64,000 bases of DNA from Spirochaetales bacterium (GCA_016928955.1 JAFGJV010000034.1:1-64000), one strand, 5' to 3'; shown: positions 18,289 through 27,672, numbered from the stretch's first letter. Made by a program: numbers and translations. Notes: generated by a model not told the origin, from the letters alone.

Positions 18289-20447
18289 AAGCAAAAAGCA
18301 TCCTTGGGCTTCGGGCTCGGGATCTTATCCTGCTTCTGACAGCCGCCATGACCAGTGCGCTTCTTGGGCTTTGCCTAGAGGCCAGTTCGGAAGCGGAGAA
18401 GGATTCGGCCAGGCTGGAGGATGTGCTTGGCAAGCGGCTGGATTATTTCTATTTCAATGACCAGTATGCCTTGCCCGAGCCGGAAGATATGGAGGCTTTG
18501 CCGGGACTGACGTCGGTCGCGGCGACCTACGGTGTGCATACCTTCATGGGTGGTGCAACCAATTCCGTCTTGAATATCATACCGTGTGCACCAAATTATT
18601 TTGAACTCAAACGGATGACTATTTCTTCCGGTACGTATGACCTGTCGGAACAGAAGTGCGTGGTGGGACACGAGGTGGCCGCGCTGCATCCTCTGGGAAG
18701 CCGGATACATGTAGGATCTGGCTTGTTGGTGACGGTTGCCGGTGTCTTGGAACCCAGGCCAGCCTACCTATCAGACGCAATGAGCGATTATGCCATTTTT
18801 ATATCAAGGGAGTCAGCTAACTTGGCGGGAGGCTGGGCATCCGATGGTCCGGATATGCTGTTTTTGGAGCTGGCTGACCTTGATTTGTTTCTTTCGGCAG
18901 TGGAGAGCGGTTTCCCGAATCGTCAGGCTGTTCTTACCCCTGAGAAGCGACTCTATGATCACGATATAAGATTATCAGCGACCCTGGCCAACGTGGTCGC
19001 CCTTTTTACCCTGCTGGCATGGATCATCGCAGCGTCAATCCTGATATCTGTCCGTCTTATGGATTTTGAGAAGACTATGCGTGAGGCTGGCTTACGGCTG
19101 GCTGTCGGCGCAAGCAAGCTCATGCTTTGGCTTGAGTCAGCGTATCAGTCCTTCCTCTTTTCAGGCGCTGGCGCCCTTGGTGGCGTTTTTATAGCTGCTT
19201 TGATGGCAAAATTGAATGGGGGCAGCCTTTCTTTTGCCTCAGCATTCCTTGGGCTGGGTGTAGCCACGACTATGGGCGTCATTACCACGCTGTTTGGAGC
19301 GGGATTTTTATTGAGGGCAAACATTCAAGACGCGCTCAATGTTCGTTCAGTCAATAAAAAACATGTTCCTGTTGCCGGTTTTGTGGCGGTGTTTGGCGCT
19401 TTTCTGACCATGGTAGCCACGGGCTCCAGCTTTGGTATAGGCGTCGGGAAGCTTCAGCACCTCCTTAGCCAAATCAAAACGCAGGCGACCCTATTCGAAT
19501 TGCGCGCTTTCGATTTTTCTTCGGGCAGCCTCAAAAAGCCGCCTGAATGGAGCGGACGTGAGGTCGAGCTGATAAGGGCGTATCCGGGGGTCGTGGATGC
19601 CACAAGGACTTCCGGGTTTCGAACAAATGTTCTTCTGGATGATGGCAAAGACGCGTCGCTTATCAAGGTTGACCAGAATTACTTCAGCGTGATGGGTTTC
19701 CCCTTGAAGGGAGAGCTTCCGGGACCGGGTACGTGCGTATGCAACGGTTTTGCTGGTGTGGGTATCGGGGATGTATTGCGTCTTGGCGACTCGGGCGTTT
19801 ATACGGTGGCAGGTGTTTGCGATGATTTTGAAGCTGGCGGCTTTCCCTGCGTTTACCTGTCGCTGTCGCATGAAGAATCAATGGTGCCTTCAAAATTCGG
19901 CTCCATCTTCGTCAGAGCGTCCGGGGAGCCAGGAAAGACGGGGACTCTTGAAAAAGAGTTAAGCGAGCTCCTCCATTCTTGGTATCCTGAGTATGAAAAA
20001 CCAAAAGCCTTGAACCCAGTCAGGCAGATATACGAAAAAGTGATACCAACCACAAAAAAATGGACCGTCATTACTCTGTTTCTGGCTGTGTCCATCGGAT
20101 TGTTGGAGACCATGGCTATGATAGAGCTCCTGTCCTACGACGGAATTAGGCGTAAAAAGGAAGTCGGGTTGCGGAAGGCCTTAGGTGAGCCTGAAGCAAG
20201 CATTACTCGTGACATAGTAGCTGAGAGAATATTTTGGATAGGAAGCGGCGGCATCATTGGCTTTTTGTCCTTGTTGGCTTTCTCAGTGTTATACCGTTCG
20301 GGTGAAGGCATGGAAGCTAGAATTTATTGGCCTTGGGCCTTAGCCGTGGCAGCCGGCACTCTGGCTGCTTACATGGTGCTGGCTATACTCTTCTCAAGGC
20401 GCTTGATAAGGCCGGAGCCAGCAGATCTTTTAATTTCCGAAGAATAG
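18279..20447 (+). CDS. ABC transporter permease, duplicated MacB/FtsX-type
   Basis: Two periplasmic + FtsX repeats with REAGLRLAVGA and KEVGLRKALG motifs. Confidence 0.82.
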   Translation: MRVKAKSILGLRARDLILLLTAAMTSALLGLCLEASSEAEKDSARLEDVLGKRLDYFYFNDQYALPEPEDMEALPGLTSVAATYGVHTFMGGATNSVLNIIPCAPNYFELKRMTISSGTYDLSEQKCVVGHEVAALHPLGSRIHVGSGLLVTVAGVLEPRPAYLSDAMSDYAIFISRESANLAGGWASDGPDMLFLELADLDLFLSAVESGFPNRQAVLTPEKRLYDHDIRLSATLANVVALFTLLAWIIAASILISVRLMDFEKTMREAGLRLAVGASKLMLWLESAYQSFLFSGAGALGGVFIAALMAKLNGGSLSFASAFLGLGVATTMGVITTLFGAGFLLRANIQDALNVRSVNKKHVPVAGFVAVFGAFLTMVATGSSFGIGVGKLQHLLSQIKTQATLFELRAFDFSSGSLKKPPEWSGREVELIRAYPGVVDATRTSGFRTNVLLDDGKDASLIKVDQNYFSVMGFPLKGELPGPGTCVCNGFAGVGIGDVLRLGDSGVYTVAGVCDDFEAGGFPCVYLSLSHEESMVPSKFGSIFVRASGEPGKTGTLEKELSELLHSWYPEYEKPKALNPVRQIYEKVIPTTKKWTVITLFLAVSIGLLETMAMIELLSYDGIRRKKEVGLRKALGEPEASITRDIVAERIFWIGSGGIIGFLSLLAFSVLYRSGEGMEARIYWPWALAVAAGTLAAYMVLAILFSRRLIRPEPADLLISEE

Positions 20448-20456
20448 GAACAAGTC

Positions 20457-21130
20457 ATGTTTGAACTAGAGAATATCAGCGTTGTATACAATAAAGATAC
20501 GCCTGAAGAGGTCAAAGCCCTGGACTCGGTAAACTTTACGGTGGCCCCATCGGAATTTTTGGCCATTACCGGCCCTTCCGGTTCCGGAAAATCCCCGTGC
20601 TTTCGGTCATGGGGCTATTGAGAACTCCGCTGAAAGGCATTCTGAAAATAGATGGCCAGGACGTGACGAAACTTAACGATTCAAGGCGAGCTGAAATCAG
20701 AAACAGGAATTTCGGCTTCATATTTCAGCAGCTATACATGATAGAAGACCTCAACCTTGAAGAGAATGTGGCCTTGCCCATGAAGTATGCCCGAGTAGGC
20801 AGGTCTGAAAGATTAAGGCGTGCCAGGGACTTGCTGTCTCGTGTGGGACTCGAGAATAAATTCAAGGCTATGCCGAATACACTATCCGGTGGGGAGAGGC
20901 AACGGGGCGCCATTGCCCGGGCTCTTTCTATGCGGCCGCGCTTTAATCTGGCGGATGAGCCGACCGGTAGCCTTGATTCGGAAAACGGAGGGCTGGTCAT
21001 GCGCATGCTCAAGGAGTTAAATAGCAACGAAAGAGTGGGCGTTATCCTTGTAACCCATGACGAGAAAATAGCGGGCATGGCTCTCCGGCGCGCCATGATG
21101 AAAGACGGGAAATTCACGTATGCTGATTAA
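20457..21130 (+). pseudogene. LolD/MacB-type ABC ATP-binding protein, frameshifted right after Walker A
   Basis: Frame from ATG 20457 gives MFELENISVVY...AITGPSGSGKS then stops; the -1 frame from 20597 continues VLSVMGLL...GFIFQ...LSGGERQR...ADEPTGSLD...VTHD. One base appears missing at 20595-20596. Confidence 0.85.
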
Positions 21131-21314
21131 ACCCACCAGGTTATGTATCCTTGTGATATTCCATATGCTAGCATCATCAGTGTGTGCTGAATCGGAAGAT
21201 ACAATGGAAAACCAAGTAGCGACTGATGTCGTTCTTTTTGTAAGTCCAACCTGTGGTGCAAAAAAAGGCGGCCTTTGCGGCCGCCTTTTGTCATCACCGG
21301 GTAAGCTTTTATAA
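21120..21314 (+). pseudogene. Truncated exported thioredoxin-like protein
   Basis: Signal-like N-terminus, then VVLFVSPTCG, which runs into the right direct repeat/terminator where the second Cys of CxxC would be. Confidence 0.5.
21260..21290 (-). terminator. Intrinsic terminator of the AOR operon
   Basis: AAAAGGCGGCC-GCAAA-GGCCGCCTTTTTTT on the minus strand. Confidence 0.85.
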
Positions 21315-21374
21315 TACGCGCGTTTAAGAGTTCACTGCCATTTTTGGTTTATCCAATTTGATTTTTGGTTCCGC

Positions 21375-23540
21375 TTACGCCTTCCCCGCCATGCGCGCGT
21401 TGACCACTTCCAGAACCTCGGGCAGGTCCATGCCTATGGCCTTGAGGTGCTCCGGCGTGGGGCAGCCGTCAGGGGTCCAGCCCCGGCGCTTGAACACGGC
21501 GTCCAAGAGGGAGTCGTACTGCTTCAGGCGGTACTCGCGTGTGATCTTTACTTTCTCGGCGGTGCTTTTGCCTGCGGGGTCAACGCCGATCTTTTCCTTC
21601 ATCTGCTTGTCGTAGCGTTCCTCGCGGGCCAGGTACTCGTCCTCAAAGACCGGTCCCATGGCGCGGTACGGCGGCCAGTCCTCTACGCGGTGACCGTGGC
21701 CCTGGCGTATGTTGAACACGCGCTGGAAGTTGTATACGCGCTCCGACTGCCTGATGAGGCTGTCCCAGTCCAGGGGCTCGCCGGTGATCGCGGTGTATAG
21801 CTCATAGTAGTTCTGGACGTGCTCCGGCACCTTGTTGGGCTCGGCCCACTTGGAGTTGTCCGCCGGCTCGATGTCGTTCCAGGGCAGCTTGCACAGGCCT
21901 TGCAGGCCGAACCATGTGCGGAACATGGGGAAGTAGTGCAGGGCCTCCGCCTTGTTCTCAAAGGTGGGGATGCGGTTGTTCACCATGTCCATGAATATCA
22001 GCCAGGCCTCGTCGTGCTGGGGACCCTTGTTGGTCATGTAGTAGCCGCCCTGCTGGGCAAGGGACTCCTTGCTGATGTACTCGGACTGCTCAAGGCCCTT
22101 GCCGTGAAGGGCTATGTCCTTCATGACCTTGGGATCGGCGCCGTATTCCTTGACAAAGTAGTCGGCCAGGAATTTGACGCCCTTGCCTGCCAGCACGCCG
22201 AAGGGTTTGCCGTCGGCCATGTCGTGCAGTACCTGGCATGCGGCCTGCCAGTTGCCCCAGGTAAGCTCGATGCCGTCAGTGCGTTCCTTGTTCAGGATGC
22301 CGAGTTCCCAGCATTCCATCAGGAAGCTGCACATGGTGCCAAAGCTGATGGTATCTATGCCGTAGGTGTCGCAGTAGAAGTTGAGTTCCAGGATGCCTTG
22401 CGGGTCGTATACGTACAGGTTGGGGCCAACGCCGGCGGCGGTTTCGTATTCCGGCCCGTCCACGCACACCTTGGTGCCCTTGTACGGTCCGGTTTCCAGG
22501 AGGAAGTGGTCCACGGCGTGGGCGCAGGCCAGGGTGCAGCCATACCAGCAGCCGTCCGGCAGGTTCTGGCTGAACAGCTTTTCCCACACCCAGCTGGCCA
22601 CTTCCGGGCCCCTGGGATCCTGGCCGTACTTGTGGTTTTTGGTCGGCAGGAGGTCGTAGTCATTCATGACCTCCATGAGGTGCGCCGTGCCGGTGGAGCG
22701 CATCTTGCACTGCTTGTCGTCGTTGACGACGATCTCGCGATGGAGCTTGAGGCCAAGGCGCTGGACGGCAGCCGGGTCGGCGGCGTCATTCAGGTTCTGC
22801 TTGACGCCCGAGAAGCGGCAGACCACGGCGCGAATCTTCTTGTCCCTGAGCACGTGGCCTATGCCGCCGCGGCCGGCCTGCTTGACGCGGACTCCCTGGC
22901 GACGCTTGTCGTACAGGCTGAAGTTCAGCACGCTCATGGGCGCGTGGTCCGCCCCGCGGCCGGCGCTGACCACGGACACGGCTTGCAGGTCCTTGGCGTC
23001 CTTGGCAAAGACGTGGGTCAGCTCCTCTGCCAGGAGGTGCGTGTCCTGGTCCAGGCCGGCGGGCTCTTCGTAGAACTGAACCAAGCCCTCGTTGGAGTCG
23101 ATGAACACGATGGTCTCGCGCTCGGATTTGCCCTGTAGCTCGAGGGCGTCCCAGCCGCCGAATTTCAGGTAGGGGCCAAAGTAGCCGCCCACGTTGGAAT
23201 CTATGGGCACGTCTGTCATGGGCGACAGGCTGACAACCAGGCTTTTGCCCGAGCCGGGGTAATTGGTGTTGCCGGCTATGGGTCCCATGCCTATGACGAT
23301 CTCGTTCTCGGGGTCGTTCCAGCGGGTGCTCGGTTTGGTCGCGTCCCACAGGAGCCGCAGGCCAAAGCCTTTGCCGCCGGTGAAACGTTTTTTGGTGTCT
23401 TCGGATACGGGCTTTTCCTTGGCCACCTTGTCGCCAACGTTGACATAGAGGGTGCGCATGGCGTACCCGCGGTGGATGGGCTTGGGCTCGAACTTGAATT
23501 CGGCTACCAGCTTGAAGTCGGATTTGTTGAACGCCTTCAT
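21375..23540 (-). CDS. Aldehyde:ferredoxin oxidoreductase (W/Mo-pterin AOR family)
   Basis: FTGGKGFG, SPMT...DSNVGGYFG..LKFGGWDA, AGRGGIG, GCWYGCTLAC, DGPEYET, CDTYGIDTISFG, GLCKLPW. Confidence 0.93.
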   Translation of the reverse strand: MKAFNKSDFKLVAEFKFEPKPIHRGYAMRTLYVNVGDKVAKEKPVSEDTKKRFTGGKGFGLRLLWDATKPSTRWNDPENEIVIGMGPIAGNTNYPGSGKSLVVSLSPMTDVPIDSNVGGYFGPYLKFGGWDALELQGKSERETIVFIDSNEGLVQFYEEPAGLDQDTHLLAEELTHVFAKDAKDLQAVSVVSAGRGADHAPMSVLNFSLYDKRRQGVRVKQAGRGGIGHVLRDKKIRAVVCRFSGVKQNLNDAADPAAVQRLGLKLHREIVVNDDKQCKMRSTGTAHLMEVMNDYDLLPTKNHKYGQDPRGPEVASWVWEKLFSQNLPDGCWYGCTLACAHAVDHFLLETGPYKGTKVCVDGPEYETAAGVGPNLYVYDPQGILELNFYCDTYGIDTISFGTMCSFLMECWELGILNKERTDGIELTWGNWQAACQVLHDMADGKPFGVLAGKGVKFLADYFVKEYGADPKVMKDIALHGKGLEQSEYISKESLAQQGGYYMTNKGPQHDEAWLIFMDMVNNRIPTFENKAEALHYFPMFRTWFGLQGLCKLPWNDIEPADNSKWAEPNKVPEHVQNYYELYTAITGEPLDWDSLIRQSERVYNFQRVFNIRQGHGHRVEDWPPYRAMGPVFEDEYLAREERYDKQMKEKIGVDPAGKSTAEKVKITREYRLKQYDSLLDAVFKRRGWTPDGCPTPEHLKAIGMDLPEVLEVVNARMAGKA

Positions 23541-23995
23541 TTGAGGGTCTCCTTGGCGGCGGCGGCGGCCGCCTCAAACGGAAGCCTGGACATGGGGCTG
23601 TCCTCTTTTTCCGCTATTTCCAGGGCGTTTGCCGGACAGGTTTTTACGCACTCCCCGCAGGCTATGCACTTGAATGGCACGGGTTCGCCCGGGTAATAGC
23701 GCATGGCGCCGGTGGGGCATACCGCTACGCAGGCCAGACAGCCCACGCAGAGGTTTTTGTTGATCATGACCACGCCCTGGGCCGTCACGGTAATGGCCTG
23801 GACCGGACACTCGGCCACGCATTTACGGCATTCCTGGTCGCAGGCCACCAGGTGGAATTTTCCGGATCCAGCGGGAAACACCTGGATGCGCGCGTGGGCC
23901 GGGTCTTCCTTCTTGAAATACGTACGCGAACAGGTGGCCACGCAGTTCCCGCAGCCTACACAGCGGTCCTCATGGAGCTTTAGGTATTTAATCAC
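23537..23995 (-). CDS. 4Fe-4S dicluster ferredoxin-like subunit of AOR
   Basis: Four Cys clusters (CVGCGNCVATC, CxxCP, CVGCLACVAVCP, KCIACGECVKTCP); overlaps the AOR start; GGAGG SD. Confidence 0.92.
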   Translation of the reverse strand: MIKYLKLHEDRCVGCGNCVATCSRTYFKKEDPAHARIQVFPAGSGKFHLVACDQECRKCVAECPVQAITVTAQGVVMINKNLCVGCLACVAVCPTGAMRYYPGEPVPFKCIACGECVKTCPANALEIAEKEDSPMSRLPFEAAAAAAKETLK

Positions 23996-24185
23996 GATCC
24001 GGATCCTCCTTGGAAAATTAGGGCTGTATATGTTGGCGAATTTGGCGCTTTCGTTTCAATAGTTGAATTGTGGTGACGCCCGCTGAAATGCCAGTATATG
24101 ACGATAATCGGTTTTCCGCAACGTGTCCAAACCCATGACGTATGGCTCGGTAGAACACTTGTTTGGCACAGCGACAGCGCGCACG

Positions 24186-24213
24186 AAAAAAAGGCCGCCC
24201 TGAGGCGGCCTTT
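24186..24213 (-). terminator. Intrinsic terminator
   Basis: AAAGGCCGCC-TCAG-GGCGGCCTTTTTTT on the minus strand. Confidence 0.85.
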
Positions 24214-24278
24214 GTTCGCTGGCGTGGCATGCCAACCCGCGTGTTTCACCAAGGCGGGCGGGCTGGATTGCCCCTCAG

Positions 24279-24848
24279 TTAGTCCTCTTCCGGTTCTATC
24301 AGCTTGGCCCTGGCCACGTTCACGTCCGGGCCAAAGGCGGCCTGCAGTTCCTCCACCACCAGGTCGAATTCGTCCAGGCGCTCGAAGGATTCCGGCGTGA
24401 AGAATTCGTCCGAGTAGCGGAAAATAAAAGTCCCCAGGTACACGTACTGCACGCCTTCGGGGACGTTGGCCTGGAGGCCGACATCAAATTTGAGGCTGGT
24501 GGCCGACATGTTTGCGACGCGAACAACCAAGTTGTGGAACTGATACTCATTTTTCTTGTCACGGCTGCACCGGACGTAATTAAAGGTATTGAGTTTGCCA
24601 TCACCGACGACTGGAACGGCTATGAAGTTGTTTATGGGCCAGAGGTTTATCTGGGTCACGGTCGGTGGTGGGGTCTTTCTGTAATCCGCGTAGTTGAGGT
24701 AGAACTCGGTGGGTATAGCGGGCAACACCTGGAGCTTATACACAAAGATTACGTCATTGGTCTTGGCTTTAGGGATGGCGGACTGCGCCATGGCGGGCAT
24801 GGCGCAGAAGAGCGCAAACAGTAAGCCTATGCATACTATTTTTTTCAT
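24279..24848 (-). CDS. Hypothetical exported protein
   Basis: Signal peptide ending AMA; beta-rich with YVYLGTF motif; coupled to the upstream gene (ATGA overlap). Confidence 0.75.
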   Translation of the reverse strand: MKKIVCIGLLFALFCAMPAMAQSAIPKAKTNDVIFVYKLQVLPAIPTEFYLNYADYRKTPPPTVTQINLWPINNFIAVPVVGDGKLNTFNYVRCSRDKKNEYQFHNLVVRVANMSATSLKFDVGLQANVPEGVQYVYLGTFIFRYSDEFFTPESFERLDEFDLVVEELQAAFGPDVNVARAKLIEPEED

Positions 24849-25417
24849 GATTTGAGCTCCTTGAGGCGCTGGTCGATCACGGCCTCCCAGGCCGTTCCCT
24901 TGAATTGCGGCCGAATGGCTTCCAAGGCTTCCTCCTCGCCACCTACCAGTTCTCTCACCTGCATGGAATATTGGGTTGCCCCGGCGACGAGCATATGGGA
25001 GCCAATGTACAGGAGTCCGGGTTTCTCCGCCCTGAAATCATACGCGTCTTTGCCTACCATGCCCAGATAAAAATAGGTGATGGTATTCCCTGAGGTCATC
25101 TGGAAGTACAAGAGCTGCCACGACGAACCGACCGCCACGGGATCAAGGAAAAAGACGGGGTTTGAGACGCTGGAGGGCCGTATGGCATCAATAACGCGAG
25201 CCTCGCTGTCCGGATTGACCTGGTAGTATTTGCAGTACTGGAGAGCGGAAACGCCGAACATGGTCTGGTGGCCTAGATAGCCGAACACCAGGGTGCTTAC
25301 GCTGGGATCAGGAAGGTCTTTCTTGGTAATGGATGTTCTCTGCGTGCTTACGCACGACGACAGACTGGCGAGCAGGACAAGGAGCGCAACGGCTCCCGCG
25401 GCTCGTTTCCTTTTCAT
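24845..25417 (-). CDS. Hypothetical lipoprotein
   Basis: Lipobox LSSC; KPGLLYIGS motif; AAGGAGG SD. Confidence 0.8.
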   Translation of the reverse strand: MKRKRAAGAVALLVLLASLSSCVSTQRTSITKKDLPDPSVSTLVFGYLGHQTMFGVSALQYCKYYQVNPDSEARVIDAIRPSSVSNPVFFLDPVAVGSSWQLLYFQMTSGNTITYFYLGMVGKDAYDFRAEKPGLLYIGSHMLVAGATQYSMQVRELVGGEEEALEAIRPQFKGTAWEAVIDQRLKELKS

Positions 25418-25532
25418 ATATCCTCCTTACGACTCCAGGCAAGCTCCTTGGGACGCTCCCTGGGCATACGCCTTGTTTGAAGGTCCCGCGCCCCCCTAGG
25501 GGAACGCGGGATCATGCCGGTCGTTGACTGGT

Positions 25533-27266
25533 TCAGTTGACTGTGTACATCAGGGACACGGTAAGCACCTGATTGGTTGGTTTCTCGTCCGATGAGGACA
25601 GGGAATCCAGGCTCGCACGCGTGATATGGCCATACTCCACGCTCAGCCCGAAAGATTGATCCCAGAAGCAGACGGACAGGCCACCGCCGAGGGTCGAGTA
25701 GAAGCCCGCGTATTCTTCCCCGGTGAAACCGAAAGGCAGGAGCAGGCCGCCGCCCCCGCGCGCGAAGGGCGTCAGGGTAATGTTGCCGAAATTCACGGGC
25801 AACTGAAGCACGGCGCTGCCCTTGAAGATAATAAGCGTGGCCTTTTCTCCTGTCTCGGCGAGGGCGGAACCTCCTCCGAACGAGAACGACCAGGCCAGGA
25901 ATTCCCCGGCCAGGAGGCCCTGGAGACCTCCCTCAATCAGGAAAATCTCGCTCGGGCCCAGGTCCAGGCTGGCGCCGGCAACCAAGGCGTATTGGTAGGG
26001 ACTGGTCAGCTCCACGCCGGCTTCCGATGCCTTTGCCTTACTGGCGCTGGCGGCGGAGCTGGTTGATGACCCGTTGTCCAAGGGGAAGCTTTCCAGGCGC
26101 CAGTACCCATGTTCCAGGACCCACGTGGCCTGGATGGTGCTCCCGCCGAGCGTGTACTGCACAAGACCTTCATAATTTGACGACAGCTCGCTGGAGGACA
26201 AGGCCAGGGCATCTCCGGAGGTTCGGAGAATCTTGTTGGAAAGCGTCCAGGCGCTGGCCAATCTGAGGCCGTCTATGGGCGATACGCCGACAAAGGTCGC
26301 TATGATGTGGTCGCGGATGGCGGTAGGAGCGCGGTCCAGTACATTTTTCAGATCGGCTTCGCCGTTCTTGGCCACGTAGCCGTAGGATATCAGCTTGACC
26401 AGTTTTTTGTACGCGTCCTCGGGCGAATAGACGCTGGCAGGCAGGCTAGCCGCGCGGGCGCGCAGGTCTTCGGAAGCGTCCGTCTGCTCTCCGCTGAGGG
26501 TGAGGGCCAAAAAGTCGCTGATGTGTTTGGCGGGGATGGCAAAGTTGGTGTCTTGCCGTCCGCCGACCTTCCAGGTGTTGACGCCGACAACCTCATACCC
26601 GAGTTTGGACGACGCTTTTGCGACCAGGAGCGGGCCGCCGGAGCTACCGCCGTCTATGGGCGCAGAGTGCTGGATCAATTCGGCGATTGCTGGATCGGCC
26701 AATTCGGGGACACGGGCGCGGTTGTTCGTAATGCTGCCCTTGCCGAACTGCCACGACGGGCGGGAGAGAAGCCCAGGGTAGCCGGCGCTCCAGATATCCA
26801 CGCCATCTGCGGGAAGAACCTTGCTCAAGGGTATGCCAAAATCAAATGGTTTTTCCCCGTTGGGAAAGATTACCAGCGCCAGATCCAGGCTTTCCGAAAC
26901 GGCTATGACCGGGCAATCCTGGTACGTTACCAGCGAGCCGTCCTCTTTTTCGAATTCCAGGGTTACCGTTTCTGCCTGGGCAACCACGTGCCTGTTGGTA
27001 ACAATGAAATTATCGCCGTTGGCGGGATTCACGTATACAAAGCCGGAGCCAAAGCCGCCCTCCGCCCAGGCTTTGAGGTATTCCGCCGCGTCGGCGTATC
27101 CTTCTTCTCCCATTGACTGAGCCAGGTTCAAGATGAAGGTCTTGGTTTCATCATGGAGAACCGGTTTGACTATGGCCACATGGGAGCGAACCTGCGCGTT
27201 CGCTCCCATGGCGAACATCAGACCGAGTGCCAGGGATAGAGCCCTGACAAAGCCTTTGTGATGCAT
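25533..27266 (-). CDS. Trypsin-like (S1C) serine protease with a probable C-terminal beta-barrel domain
   Basis: Signal peptide; GSGF, TNRHVV (His), DLAL (Asp), IDGGSSGGPL (Ser); Ser/Ala linker followed by amphipathic beta-strands. Confidence 0.85.
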   Translation of the reverse strand: MHHKGFVRALSLALGLMFAMGANAQVRSHVAIVKPVLHDETKTFILNLAQSMGEEGYADAAEYLKAWAEGGFGSGFVYVNPANGDNFIVTNRHVVAQAETVTLEFEKEDGSLVTYQDCPVIAVSESLDLALVIFPNGEKPFDFGIPLSKVLPADGVDIWSAGYPGLLSRPSWQFGKGSITNNRARVPELADPAIAELIQHSAPIDGGSSGGPLLVAKASSKLGYEVVGVNTWKVGGRQDTNFAIPAKHISDFLALTLSGEQTDASEDLRARAASLPASVYSPEDAYKKLVKLISYGYVAKNGEADLKNVLDRAPTAIRDHIIATFVGVSPIDGLRLASAWTLSNKILRTSGDALALSSSELSSNYEGLVQYTLGGSTIQATWVLEHGYWRLESFPLDNGSSTSSAASASKAKASEAGVELTSPYQYALVAGASLDLGPSEIFLIEGGLQGLLAGEFLAWSFSFGGGSALAETGEKATLIIFKGSAVLQLPVNFGNITLTPFARGGGGLLLPFGFTGEEYAGFYSTLGGGLSVCFWDQSFGLSVEYGHITRASLDSLSSSDEKPTNQVLTVSLMYTVN

Positions 27267-27295
27267 GTCCTTGTCCTTTCTTATCAACGAATAAT

Positions 27296-27402
27296 GGGAA
27301 CCTCTAAAAACCCCATGGTTATTAGAGGTTCCCTGCGTTTTCGGCCGAAAACGCTAGGTTTTTAAGGTAACCCTCTAAAAACTGAAGTTTTTAGAGGCTC
27401 CC
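27296..27402. repeat. MITE/REP-like triple-hairpin repeat, copy 1
   Basis: TIRs GGGAACCTCTAAAAAC / GTTTTTAGAGGCTCCC; internal palindrome GCGTTTTCGGCCGAAAACGC; highly similar copy at 63265-63370. Confidence 0.9.
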
Positions 27403-27594
27403 TATAAGCTGTAATCGCCGTGCTAGTGGATGAACGGGCGGCCATCTGGTTTTACACATGGTTACTAATAATCAGCCTGGTCCAGCACAGTAATTTCAAG
27501 ATACGCTGGTCGTGTGACCGACATTCCGCATATCCGTCACCAGAACAGTGTAGCAAAAAACTACAATACATCAGGTGTGTTTGTATAGGTTCCG

Positions 27595-27626
27595 AAAAAA
27601 AACCGGGTTCCCAAGGGGAACCCGGC
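27595..27626 (-). terminator. Intrinsic terminator of the MCP gene
   Basis: CCGGGTTCCC-CTT-GGGAACCCGG followed by T8 on the minus strand. Confidence 0.88.
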
Positions 27627-27672
27627 TGTGCTTGAATCTGTACTTTCTGCCGGCTGTAAAACCGGCTCTGTC

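Larger units (their letters stand above)
16409..21274. mobile_element. Low-GC genomic islet flanked by an imperfect ~23-bp direct repeat; no integrase visible
   Basis: CTGTGGCGCAAAAAAGGCGGCCT at 16409-16431 and CTGTGGTGCAAAAAAAGGCGGCCT at 21251-21274; the DNA between is visibly more AT-rich than the flanks. Confidence 0.75.

Noticed and set aside
24000..24180. Sigma54 promoter for the AOR operon
   Set aside because: No correctly spaced TGGCAC-N5-TTGC (GG-N10-GC) on the minus strand.
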